From Methanomassiliicoccaceae archaeon (GTDB taxonomy: Archaea; Thermoplasmatota; Thermoplasmata; Methanomassiliicoccales; Methanomassiliicoccaceae): 64,000 nt of DNA. Every line of letters starts with the position of its first letter. Position 1 is the stretch's first letter. A program made the translations under genes and the position numbers. Where the stretch lies: positions 960,001 to 1,024,000 of the forward strand of contig JAXGZN010000002.1 of NCBI GenBank assembly GCA_040776945.1. Reading direction: 5' to 3'. The notes beneath the pieces were generated by a model that was not told the origin of the DNA, ran no database searches, and was given only the letters and a program-made list of their open reading frames with translations. Below are positions 55,570 through 64,000 of this stretch, one piece after another.

Positions 55570-57212
55570 TGGCGATGATGTCGCCAGAGCTCAAGAACGA
55601 GATAGCCCGGGACGTGAGCATCCGGGAATACATAAGCGAGCTCCAGAAGACCACCAACACCATGCCAAGGTACTTCGAGAACCTGTCGGTGAAGGACCTC
55701 GCTGACATAAGGAAGAACGCGATAGTCGACCCGGGCAGCGCCAATATCATCTACAAGATTGGCGGCGGATATATCCACATCGACGCGTTACATTCCAAAT
55801 ACATCTCCATCGAGACCAGGCTGAACCTTGAGCAGAAGGAGAAGTTGCGCAAGATCAAGGAGCTGATCCTGGAGAAGGCTAGCGCCGAGGAGTCCGTGGA
55901 GACCAAGGAGGATCTCGTCCGCATCCTGGAGAAGCTGTTCGATCTATCGGTGGAGATCGGCAACGGCAACATCAAGAGGCGCAAGAAGGGCGGCAAGGTC
56001 GTGCTCACCCAGAGAGAGCACGACCTCCTGAAGTACTACATCAATCGGGACATCATCGGCTACGGAGTGATCGAGCCGCTGATCATGGACCCCTACATTG
56101 AGGATATCCATCTCATCGGGACGTCACGAGTGCGCGTCTCGCATAAAGCGTTCCAGTATGGACTGGAGACGAACATAAGGTTCGAGGACGAGGTGACCTT
56201 GAACGAGTTCTTCGTATCCATGTCCGAGCGCATGGGGCGGCCGGTGAGCGCCTCGAAGCCCATCGTCGACGGCACCCTGCCGGACGGGTCGCGCATCAAC
56301 ATGATCTACTCCAACGATGTCAGCGCTCGCGGCTCGTCGTTCACCATCCGTAAGTTCGCGGCCGAGCCGATCTCGCCGATCCAGCTAATAAAATGGGGTA
56401 CGTTCTCGCCGGAGTTCGTGGCCTATATCTGGATGTGCCTGGAGAACAAGATGAACATCATCCTGGCCGGCGAGACCGCGTCCGGCAAGACCACCGCTTT
56501 GAACGCCTTGTTGTGCTTCATCGACCACCGCGGGAAGATCTACTCTGTTGAGGACACACCTGAAGTGAAGCCTCCTCAGAAGGGCTGGCAGAGATGCGTT
56601 ACCAGGGAGTCTGGACCGGAGGAGGCCCGGGTCACAATGTTCGACCTGCTCCGCGCGGCGCTGCGTTCCCGTCCCGATTACATCGTCATCGGCGAGATAA
56701 GGGGCGAGGAGGGCCGGGTGGCCTTCCAGTGCATGCAGACCGGAATTCCGGTCCTCGCGACCTTTCACGCTTCCAACGCCACCAAGTTCATACAGAGGAT
56801 GACCGGACAGCCGATCAACATCCCAATGTCGTTCATAGACAATGTCAATGTCATCATCTTCCAATCGGCGGTGAACGTTAACCGACGATTCCTGAGGCGG
56901 GTCACTGGTGTGGAGGAGTTTATCGGCTTCAGCAAGGAGGCGGGAGGAGTGCTCAGCCGGAACGTCTTCAAGTGGGACTCGGCCACCGACAACCTGTACT
57001 TCCGGGGAAACAACAACTCGTACATCTTGGAGAAGAGGATAGCGCTGGAGCACGGATACTCGGAGCCCAAGGACGTCTACAAGGACCTGCGGCAGCGGGA
57101 GAAGATCATACGCAAGATGTTGGAGCTTGACATCACCGGCTATCACGAGGTAAACAAGGTACTGAGCGACTACTACGAGAACGGGCCCAACTCGCTGCCC
57201 TTCACGGTGTGA
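55569..57212 (+). CDS. flaI: Archaellum motor ATPase ArlI (FlaI)
   Basis: DPYIEDI, GETASGKTT, EDTPE, LRSRPDYIVIGEIRG, TFHA. Confidence 0.95.
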   Translation: MAMMSPELKNEIARDVSIREYISELQKTTNTMPRYFENLSVKDLADIRKNAIVDPGSANIIYKIGGGYIHIDALHSKYISIETRLNLEQKEKLRKIKELILEKASAEESVETKEDLVRILEKLFDLSVEIGNGNIKRRKKGGKVVLTQREHDLLKYYINRDIIGYGVIEPLIMDPYIEDIHLIGTSRVRVSHKAFQYGLETNIRFEDEVTLNEFFVSMSERMGRPVSASKPIVDGTLPDGSRINMIYSNDVSARGSSFTIRKFAAEPISPIQLIKWGTFSPEFVAYIWMCLENKMNIILAGETASGKTTALNALLCFIDHRGKIYSVEDTPEVKPPQKGWQRCVTRESGPEEARVTMFDLLRAALRSRPDYIVIGEIRGEEGRVAFQCMQTGIPVLATFHASNATKFIQRMTGQPINIPMSFIDNVNVIIFQSAVNVNRRFLRRVTGVEEFIGFSKEAGGVLSRNVFKWDSATDNLYFRGNNNSYILEKRIALEHGYSEPKDVYKDLRQREKIIRKMLELDITGYHEVNKVLSDYYENGPNSLPFTV

Positions 57213-57218
57213 TGCGCC

Positions 57219-58898
57219 ATGAAGAAGGATGCCTGGCTGCGCGACCTTCGGATGAAGGAGGAGACCTACTACAAGCTGATAATGGTCTCCATCGTCTTGC
57301 TGGGCATCGTCGTGCCGGCGCTGCTCACGATATCACTGGCGCCGTACCTCCATGGGCCGTTATTGATCCTGGCGTACGTCGTACCGATGTTCGGCATCTT
57401 CGTAGTGTTCATGCTGCCGGCAGTGTACACCTCCAAGCGGAAGGTGGAGGTGGAGCAGAACATGCCCATGTTCGTCACCACCATGGCCGCGTTGTCGACC
57501 TCGGACATGCCGTTCGAGAGCGTGTTCTACATCCTGTCGAACAAGAAGGAGTACGGCCAGCTAGCCAGGGACGCCAAGCAGATCTGCCGGCTGGTGAAGC
57601 ACTACAGTGTGGGCGCCGCCGAGGCCTGCCGCTTCATCGCCCTGAGGACGCAATGCCAGATGGAGGCCAACTTCTTCAACCGCCTGTCGCACTCGCTGGA
57701 CGTCGGCGAGAAGCTCGACAAGTTCATGGAGAACGAGCACGACGTCATCATGGACGAGTATCTCCTGCGCGCCGAGGGGACGCTCAAGGACCTCGACTTC
57801 GTGAAGGAGATCTACACCGGACTGACGACCTCGCTGATCTTCACCGCGGTGTTCGTGTGCATAATGCCCATGTTCGGCTCAGGCGCGGTCGAGGTGCTTA
57901 TGATCGGCGTGGTGTTCAGCTTTGCCGCCCTGGAATCGTTCTTCATCTACCTGCTGAAGACCAAGGTGCCCAAGGACCGCATCTGGTTAGGTTACAGCAC
58001 TAAGTTGAAAAGAGGGCAGATCACCGAGAAGGACCGGCTCATCTTCACCTCGGTGCTCGTGGCCGTCCTCGGCATCGTGCTGCTGTCCGTCATCATGATC
58101 CCGTCCGGTCTCCCGCCGATGTTCATCGCCTCGACCATATTCCTGCCGGCCCTGTTCCCCGGCATCCTCGTGCTCAGGGAGGAAAAGGCGATAGAGACCC
58201 GGGACAATCTGTTCGGCGCGTTCATACGGTCCCTCGGGCGCTCCTCGGAGGCCAGTGGGACCACCATGTCCGATGGCGTGAAGCGTCTGGCGATGCATTC
58301 CTTCGGACCGCTGACCAAGATGGTCAAGAACCTCTCGAAGAGGCTGCAGCTGCACATCAGCGCGGCCGATTCGTGGAGGCATTTTTCCGCGGAGACGTCC
58401 AGCGACCTCATCGACAAGTTCGGCGAGATGTACGTGACCTGCATCCACAACGGCTCCAAGGCCGAGCCGACCAGCCTGTTCATCAGCGACAACATGTTCC
58501 GGGTGCTGAGCATACGCAAGAAGCGTTCGCAGACCGCGTCCTCGTTCGTCGGCATCCTCTATGGGGTGATGATATCGCTCGCCATCACCCTGTACATCAC
58601 CGTAGGTATCGTGGGCTACATGGGCGACGTGATGTCCTCGGTGGTCATCGAGAGCCCAGGGAGCTCCTCCAGCTTTCTAAGCGGCCTTCTCTCGGCCAAC
58701 TTCGACATCGCCGGGATCGAGATGATGGTGTTCGCGGTCATCCTGGTCCACGCAACGCTCTCATCGCTCATGCTGCCGATGATCAAGGGAGGCCACGTTG
58801 TCGGGTCGGTGGTGCACTTCATCGCCCTAATCTGGATCGGATCCACGTCCTCGCTGCTGTCTAAGTACCTTATCGGCGGGCTGCTCGGCGGCGGCTGA
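57219..58898 (+). CDS. flaJ: Archaellum platform protein ArlJ (FlaJ)
   Basis: Polytopic membrane protein after arlI; FIRSLG, H.FGPLT, GG motif near the C-terminus. Confidence 0.92.
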   Translation: MKKDAWLRDLRMKEETYYKLIMVSIVLLGIVVPALLTISLAPYLHGPLLILAYVVPMFGIFVVFMLPAVYTSKRKVEVEQNMPMFVTTMAALSTSDMPFESVFYILSNKKEYGQLARDAKQICRLVKHYSVGAAEACRFIALRTQCQMEANFFNRLSHSLDVGEKLDKFMENEHDVIMDEYLLRAEGTLKDLDFVKEIYTGLTTSLIFTAVFVCIMPMFGSGAVEVLMIGVVFSFAALESFFIYLLKTKVPKDRIWLGYSTKLKRGQITEKDRLIFTSVLVAVLGIVLLSVIMIPSGLPPMFIASTIFLPALFPGILVLREEKAIETRDNLFGAFIRSLGRSSEASGTTMSDGVKRLAMHSFGPLTKMVKNLSKRLQLHISAADSWRHFSAETSSDLIDKFGEMYVTCIHNGSKAEPTSLFISDNMFRVLSIRKKRSQTASSFVGILYGVMISLAITLYITVGIVGYMGDVMSSVVIESPGSSSSFLSGLLSANFDIAGIEMMVFAVILVHATLSSLMLPMIKGGHVVGSVVHFIALIWIGSTSSLLSKYLIGGLLGGG

Positions 58899-58943
58899 GC
58901 TGGACCTGTGAAGGGCGCGTCCTTCAAAAACTATGGACACTCG

Positions 58944-59021
58944 TAACGATGGTCTGCATTACCGCAGTTATGAACTGGGGCGACGAGTTATGACTCGCGG
59001 TCGTGAGCTTGACCATCGTTA
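58944..59021. repeat. 78-nt inverted-repeat-bounded structured element (three-way junction)
   Basis: Perfect 11-bp IR taacgatggtc/gaccatcgtta; accg/cggt helix enclosing two AGTTATGA-containing hairpins. Confidence 0.75.
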
Positions 59022-59106
59022 TCTGAAAGTCTCCCACGTCGATCGACTAGCCTAAGTCCAGGGCGTGGAAGGGATGACTTCTTAAGGGTAGGGAGGCGGT
59101 CTCTTC

Positions 59107-59670
59107 TCAGATGGAGGATATTTCATTGCCCTTCTGGATGCGGTAGACCCCATTGGCCGGGTTGAAGGTAACAGTGCGCCCTCGGATGCCGCCCACATCC
59201 TCTGCCAAAAGAGGGATGTTCTCACCTCTGAGAGTGGCCCTGGCAGCATCTGAGTTCCTCTTGCCGATGTTGAGTGTGTCGGAAGAGATGAACGAGAACA
59301 TCTGCGCCCCGCCTGCCATCTTCGCCCTGAGGCGGCCTCGCGACGCTCCCATCTCCAGCAGTTCGTCCACCATGATCATAATGGAAGAGTCGGCGTACTT
59401 GGAAGCGTTGATCTTGTCCCTCCCTTCCTCATAACGGGGGAGCATGGCATGGGCCACCCCTGCCACTCCAGCCTGCAGGTCATAGATGGCGATGCCCACA
59501 CACGAGCCCAGCCCAATGCACGTCAGCTTTGCAGGGCTGCGGGCGACCTTGTACTCCCCGACGCCCACCACGTTGTCGTCATCCAGGATGTGGGCGCGTC
59601 CGAGCACATTGCTCCCACGGGTAACGCCCGGCCGAGAGGTCGGCGATAGGTCTTCGGACCGTACGTCCAT
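59107..59670 (-). CDS. cheD: Chemoreceptor glutamine deamidase CheD
   Basis: GLGSCVG, HAMLP, KYAD, AKMAGGAQMF, IGKRN, EDVGG..GR. Confidence 0.95.
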   Translation of the reverse strand: MDVRSEDLSPTSRPGVTRGSNVLGRAHILDDDNVVGVGEYKVARSPAKLTCIGLGSCVGIAIYDLQAGVAGVAHAMLPRYEEGRDKINASKYADSSIMIMVDELLEMGASRGRLRAKMAGGAQMFSFISSDTLNIGKRNSDAARATLRGENIPLLAEDVGGIRGRTVTFNPANGVYRIQKGNEISSI

Positions 59671-59673
59671 AGC

Positions 59674-60297
59674 TCACACCGTTCTGAACTTCTCTGCCAG
59701 GAGGCGCACTGTCTTACGGTCCGGGAGATACAGCATGAAGCCTGAGCACACCGAGCCGCCGAACACGAACTGGGTCTTTATCACCATAAGCTCGTCGGCC
59801 TCGGCGTCGGCCATCGCCGCAGGGTACTGCAATACGGCATGAAGCATGTCCACTGCGACGCCAGGGGGCGATGGGACCATGGTTATGCCGCAGAACTTGG
59901 CCACTGCATTGAGATACGCCGAGGCGCAGATGTTGCCTACCTCGCATATGGCGTCCTGGTCAATTTCGTCCAGCTCACGCACGGTGTGGTGTCTTGACAA
60001 CATAAGGTCCACCAGCCCGGTGGCCATGTCCTTAGATAACATCAGCATGATCCCGCCTTTCCCGGCCCCATGGGCCTCGAGGAAGACTCCAACCACTTGC
60101 TGTTCTGGATCATCGAGGGCTCCGGGAAGCTGCTGGGTCGTGCACACGAAGTGCTCCGAGACCTCAACCACGATGTCACGATTGATAAGCGCAGAAAGGG
60201 CCGTCGAAGCGTGGGCCGCCCCGATGTTGCCTATCTCCCTCAATCCGTCCAGGAGGACGGGGTCCTGCTCTGCGGCCAGCGCGCGCGTGCTCATCAT
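59674..60297 (-). CDS. cheC: CheY-P phosphatase CheC
   Basis: D.LREIGNIGAAHASTALS and DAICEVGNI motifs; VPSPP. Confidence 0.9.
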   Translation of the reverse strand: MMSTRALAAEQDPVLLDGLREIGNIGAAHASTALSALINRDIVVEVSEHFVCTTQQLPGALDDPEQQVVGVFLEAHGAGKGGIMLMLSKDMATGLVDLMLSRHHTVRELDEIDQDAICEVGNICASAYLNAVAKFCGITMVPSPPGVAVDMLHAVLQYPAAMADAEADELMVIKTQFVFGGSVCSGFMLYLPDRKTVRLLAEKFRTV

Positions 60298-60298
60298 A

Positions 60299-60955
60299 TC
60301 ACAGCCCGAACTTGGACATCATGGCGGCCTGTGATTCCGCGTCCACTCCAAACCGCTTGAACGTCCGCATCTGGATGTTCCTGCTCGGAGCGAAGATGAT
60401 CGCCCCCTGGAACCGCTTTTTTTTGTCCACGAAGTTCGTCTCCACCCTGACCAGGTCGTTGTCGCGCAGGGGGCGGATCATCTCCGGGAACCTCATTCGG
60501 TCGGTTATGCGATCTATGGATACCTCCGGGGAGTTGGGAATTATCTCCATGGAGAGGAACTTGGCTATAGGCACGAGGTACTGGCGGATGCATATGTCCC
60601 CCATCTCCACCATCACGTCGCGGTCCTGCTCGGTCATCTGCCGTCCGGCCTTGTGCGGGCGGCTCAGCAATAGGTCCGAGAGGTACGTCGCCACGTCCCC
60701 AGGGAACACCATGAATATGCGGCTTCCTTCGGGATCGATGTCGATCCTGAGGGTGGCGAAGATGCTCCCCAGTTCTCCGAAGCGATTCGGAAGGGCAGGC
60801 ATAGGCATCACTCTGCACTCGGTCACATCGATCAGGATGTCGGTCCTTACAAGCTTGGTGAGGGCGGTGGATGCGTGGGAGGCCCCCACGTTGCCTAACT
60901 CCCTAAGAGCGTCCATCTGCAGTTCGTCAAGTTCGTTCACTTCCATAGAGCTCAT
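60299..60955 (-). CDS. cheC: CheC-family phosphatase (second copy)
   Basis: DALRELGNVGASHASTAL; second site reads EMGD. Confidence 0.85.
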   Translation of the reverse strand: MSSMEVNELDELQMDALRELGNVGASHASTALTKLVRTDILIDVTECRVMPMPALPNRFGELGSIFATLRIDIDPEGSRIFMVFPGDVATYLSDLLLSRPHKAGRQMTEQDRDVMVEMGDICIRQYLVPIAKFLSMEIIPNSPEVSIDRITDRMRFPEMIRPLRDNDLVRVETNFVDKKKRFQGAIIFAPSRNIQMRTFKRFGVDAESQAAMMSKFGL

Positions 60956-62958
60956 GTGAAGGCCCCCACGTCCAATATCATCGCTACCTTTCCATCTCCA
61001 AGTATGGTCGCTCCCGAGAAGTACCCGGTATGCCGGAGGTCTTTCCCCAAGTTCTTGACCACGATCTCCTGCTGCCCGATGAGACGGGACACGAGCAGGC
61101 AGGCGCGACTGTCGTTCTTCTCCACTATGACTGCCGGCATCTCGTCCGCCCCCATACTGCGGCTTCCGAACTCGGCGCGGACGTTGAGCACCGGCAACAC
61201 CTCGTCTCGAAGTTGGAAAACACCCCGATCGATGACCGAGTGAATGGACCTCATGGGCACCCGCACGGTCTCCCGCACGTTCTCCAGGGGGATGGCGTAC
61301 TTCTCACCGTTCACCTCGACCAGCATGGCTCGGATGATGCTCATGCTGGGCGGGAGCTTGAGGGTGATCTTGCATCCCTTCCCGAAGGTCGAGTCCAGCC
61401 GGATGAAACCTCCAAGGCCTTCGATCTTGGTCTTGACCACATCCATCCCTACTCCCCGGCCAGAGATGTCAGATACCTTGTCGGCGGTGCTGAAGTTGGG
61501 AAGGAAGACGAACTGCAGTTTGGAGCGCTCGTCCATGCGCTCCGCCTCTTCCGCGGTCACCAGACCTTTGCTGATGGCCTTGGAGACGATGCGCTGGACG
61601 TCCATCCCACGGCCGTCGTCCTCCACGGTGATTACGATGCTGCTTTGCTCCTGGAAGGCCGAGAGGACGATCGTTCCGCGAGGGTCCTTTCCCTTGGCCA
61701 CCCTCTCCTCCTTCGGCTCGATGCCATGGTCCGCCGCGTTCCTGAGCAGGTGGACAAGGGCGTCCCCGACCTCGTCCAGCAGGCCGCGGTCGATCTCGAT
61801 GTCGGTGCCCCTCATGACGAACTCGACGTCCTTGCCGTTGGCAAGGGCGAGGTCCCTCACGATGCGGGGGAACCGCTTGAAGATGAAGTCCACCTGGACC
61901 ATCCTGGTGCGGAGCACGATGTCCTGCATCTCACCCATCAGCCGGGAGTTGTTCTGCAAGGTCTGCTTCAGCTCACGGTTCTTCAGGTCGACTGCGATCT
62001 GATTGATGCGGATGTTGTTGATCATGATCTCCCCGACCAGGTCTAGAAGCTTGTCCAGCAGCTTGCTCTTGACCCTGATTGATGACGAGCTGGAGATCCC
62101 GGAGCGCTTCTCCTCCTGGTGGTCGCATTCCTCTTTGCTCTCCAGCAGAACGTCGTGATCCTCCTGCGGCGCATTGGCCGGCAAGTGGGGCATGCCCTTG
62201 TCGGCCAGGGTAGCGTTCCCCCTGTCTAGACAAACAGGATAAAGGACGGCCCTGGCCACGCCAGTGACCTCCTGGACCGGCGCCAGCAGAGCTGCGTCAT
62301 CGACGGTCGTCCCCAGCACCAAGATGAGCCCTTCGTCGGAATCGGAGACCTCGGCCATGTCCGGCGATGATGCCAAGAGCGAGCTTACCGGCGCCAGCGC
62401 CTTCGATATCTGATAGGCCCGTCCCTCCTTGAACCTCAACTTGTCGGCCCAGGTGACGCTCATGATCACCGGCCGCGCGCCAGGGGGAAGCACCTCCCGT
62501 ATGCGCTCCAGCTCTTCGGAGCCTATCTCCAGAACATCGTCCAGTCGGTCCACCGGGACAGGCTTCGGGGCGGGAACCTCGAGGGCCGCCGCTATGCGCT
62601 CCCTTAGGTCCACCCCTAGGGTCATGATGCTTCCTGTAGTTTCGAGCTCTTCGAGCATTCGCTCAATGGTGTCAATGCCGGTGAACAGCAGCTCGATTAT
62701 TGGCCGGGGAGGCATCTCCTTCCTCTTCCGTAATATGTCGAACAGGTCTTCCAGTACGTGCGCCAGTTCCTGTATGGCGGGAACGCCGACGACCCCCGCG
62801 GTGCCCTTCAGGGTGTGCATGGCCCGGAAGGCCTCGTTCATGCTCATCTCGTCGAAGCCTTTCTCCTCCAGCGACAGCATGGTGCTGTTCAGGGACTGTA
62901 TGTTCTCCTTGGACTCCTCTATGAAGACGTCAAGATACTGTGAGTTGTCCATGATCAC
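60952..62958 (-). CDS. cheA: Chemotaxis histidine kinase CheA
   Basis: Hpt FRAMHTLKG, HLLRNAADHGIE, DDGRG, SGRGVGMDVV, CheW-like C-terminus GATILGDG. Confidence 0.97.
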   Translation of the reverse strand: MIMDNSQYLDVFIEESKENIQSLNSTMLSLEEKGFDEMSMNEAFRAMHTLKGTAGVVGVPAIQELAHVLEDLFDILRKRKEMPPRPIIELLFTGIDTIERMLEELETTGSIMTLGVDLRERIAAALEVPAPKPVPVDRLDDVLEIGSEELERIREVLPPGARPVIMSVTWADKLRFKEGRAYQISKALAPVSSLLASSPDMAEVSDSDEGLILVLGTTVDDAALLAPVQEVTGVARAVLYPVCLDRGNATLADKGMPHLPANAPQEDHDVLLESKEECDHQEEKRSGISSSSSIRVKSKLLDKLLDLVGEIMINNIRINQIAVDLKNRELKQTLQNNSRLMGEMQDIVLRTRMVQVDFIFKRFPRIVRDLALANGKDVEFVMRGTDIEIDRGLLDEVGDALVHLLRNAADHGIEPKEERVAKGKDPRGTIVLSAFQEQSSIVITVEDDGRGMDVQRIVSKAISKGLVTAEEAERMDERSKLQFVFLPNFSTADKVSDISGRGVGMDVVKTKIEGLGGFIRLDSTFGKGCKITLKLPPSMSIIRAMLVEVNGEKYAIPLENVRETVRVPMRSIHSVIDRGVFQLRDEVLPVLNVRAEFGSRSMGADEMPAVIVEKNDSRACLLVSRLIGQQEIVVKNLGKDLRHTGYFSGATILGDGKVAMILDVGAFT

Positions 62959-63980
62959 ATCCCCATGCTGATCATGATGGTTATCGCCTGCGCGATGTCA
63001 GTCAGGGGGACCACGCGGTCCGCGGCGCCGATGTCCACGACCGCCTTGGGCATGCCGTAGACGACGCATGTTTCCTCGCTCTGCGCGATTGTCTTGCCGC
63101 CGTTCCTCTTTATGTTCCGCATCCCTTCCGCGCCGTCCGAGCCCATTCCGGTCAGGACCACGCCGATGGCCCTGGGACCGTACCTGGGGGCAACGCTGTT
63201 CATGAGCACGTCCACCGCAGGGCGCACGAAATTGACCTTGGGGCCGTCGTCCAGTCGCAGACGGTCGCCCTCGAGCAAGAGGTGCTTGTTCCCTGGGGCA
63301 AGGTACACCTTCCCTTTGCGGACCTCGTCGCCCTCCTCGGCCTCCTTGACCTCCAGAGCGGATGTCCAGTTCAGCCTCTCAGCGAAGGACCGGGTGAACC
63401 CTTCGGGCATGTGCTGCACCACCAGAACCGCCGCCGGCAGGTTGGCCGGAAGGCGCGACAGCACCTCGGGCAGCGCCTTGGGGCCGCCGGTGGAGGAGCC
63501 GATGAGAACGATCCAGTCACCTCTTAGGGCGAGCATCTGGGCCGGCTGCACCGCGCTCAGCGAGCGGCGGGGCGAGATCCTGGCCTTCGCCGCCGCCTTC
63601 ACCTTGGCGATTATGCCGTCGCTCTCCTTCTCCAGGTCTATGGACAGTGACCCGGCGGTCTTGGCGATGAAGTCGACCGCTCCCAGGTCCAGGCTTTTCA
63701 GCGCAATGTCCGCCTGCCGCTTGTCCATGGAGCTGAGCATGACCACCGCCCGGGGGGACTCGGCCATGATGTGCTGGAGCGCGGTAAGGCCGTCCATTAT
63801 CGGCATCTCGATGTCCATGGTGACCACGTCCGGATTGAGCTCGCTCACCTTCTCCAGCGCTTCTGCGCCGTTTCGGGCGGAGCCTACGACCTCGATCTCG
63901 GGGTCCTTGGACAGCAGGTCCGCAATTATTCGGCGCATCACTATGGAGTCGTCCACCACCAGCACTTTTATGCGGAACAC
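62955..63980 (-). CDS. cheB: Chemotaxis response regulator methylesterase CheB
   Basis: Receiver VVDDS..MDIEMPIMDG; GSSTGG, VQHMP, LTGMGSDG, VYGMP. Confidence 0.97.
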   Translation of the reverse strand: MFRIKVLVVDDSIVMRRIIADLLSKDPEIEVVGSARNGAEALEKVSELNPDVVTMDIEMPIMDGLTALQHIMAESPRAVVMLSSMDKRQADIALKSLDLGAVDFIAKTAGSLSIDLEKESDGIIAKVKAAAKARISPRRSLSAVQPAQMLALRGDWIVLIGSSTGGPKALPEVLSRLPANLPAAVLVVQHMPEGFTRSFAERLNWTSALEVKEAEEGDEVRKGKVYLAPGNKHLLLEGDRLRLDDGPKVNFVRPAVDVLMNSVAPRYGPRAIGVVLTGMGSDGAEGMRNIKRNGGKTIAQSEETCVVYGMPKAVVDIGAADRVVPLTDIAQAITIMISMGM

Positions 63981-64000
63981 CAGCTCATCTCGCCGTCTTA

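Overview
GC-rich archaeal chromosome segment from a methanogen. The methanogen marker MtxX/Mmp4, tetraether synthase Tes, archaeal uL16, Rpp21 and Dph2 are all present. Gene content and a Thermoplasmata-style archaellin point to Methanomassiliicoccales; this is an inference, no search was run. About 60 genes: arginine (argJ/C/G/H), thiDN, two GT4 glycosyltransferases, membrane-anchored FKBP, thrS, leuABCD-type cluster, queCDE, dph2, rpl10e, rnp4-yhbY-serS, transporters, an HdrD/GlpC-like Fe-S protein, a 1383-aa lamin-tail-domain protein, a tes-ferredoxin-geranylgeranyl reductase operon convergent with mvk, and an archaellum operon (arlB-C-F-G-H-I-J) convergent with cheB-A-C-C-D. No rRNA, tRNA, CRISPR array or intact mobile element was seen. 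The main leads are: (1) a leader uORF with Leu codons and a nested helix masking the leuA ribosome-binding site, a candidate archaeal translational attenuator; (2) motility and chemotaxis genes in a lineage described as non-motile, with atypical ArlC and ArlH; (3) an SD-occluding hairpin between arlB and arlC; (4) a 78-nt three-way-junction element between arlJ and cheD; (5) a chimeric ThrRS; (6) an in-frame amber junction between argC and argJ; (7) two small genes and one pseudogene not called as such in the ORF track.
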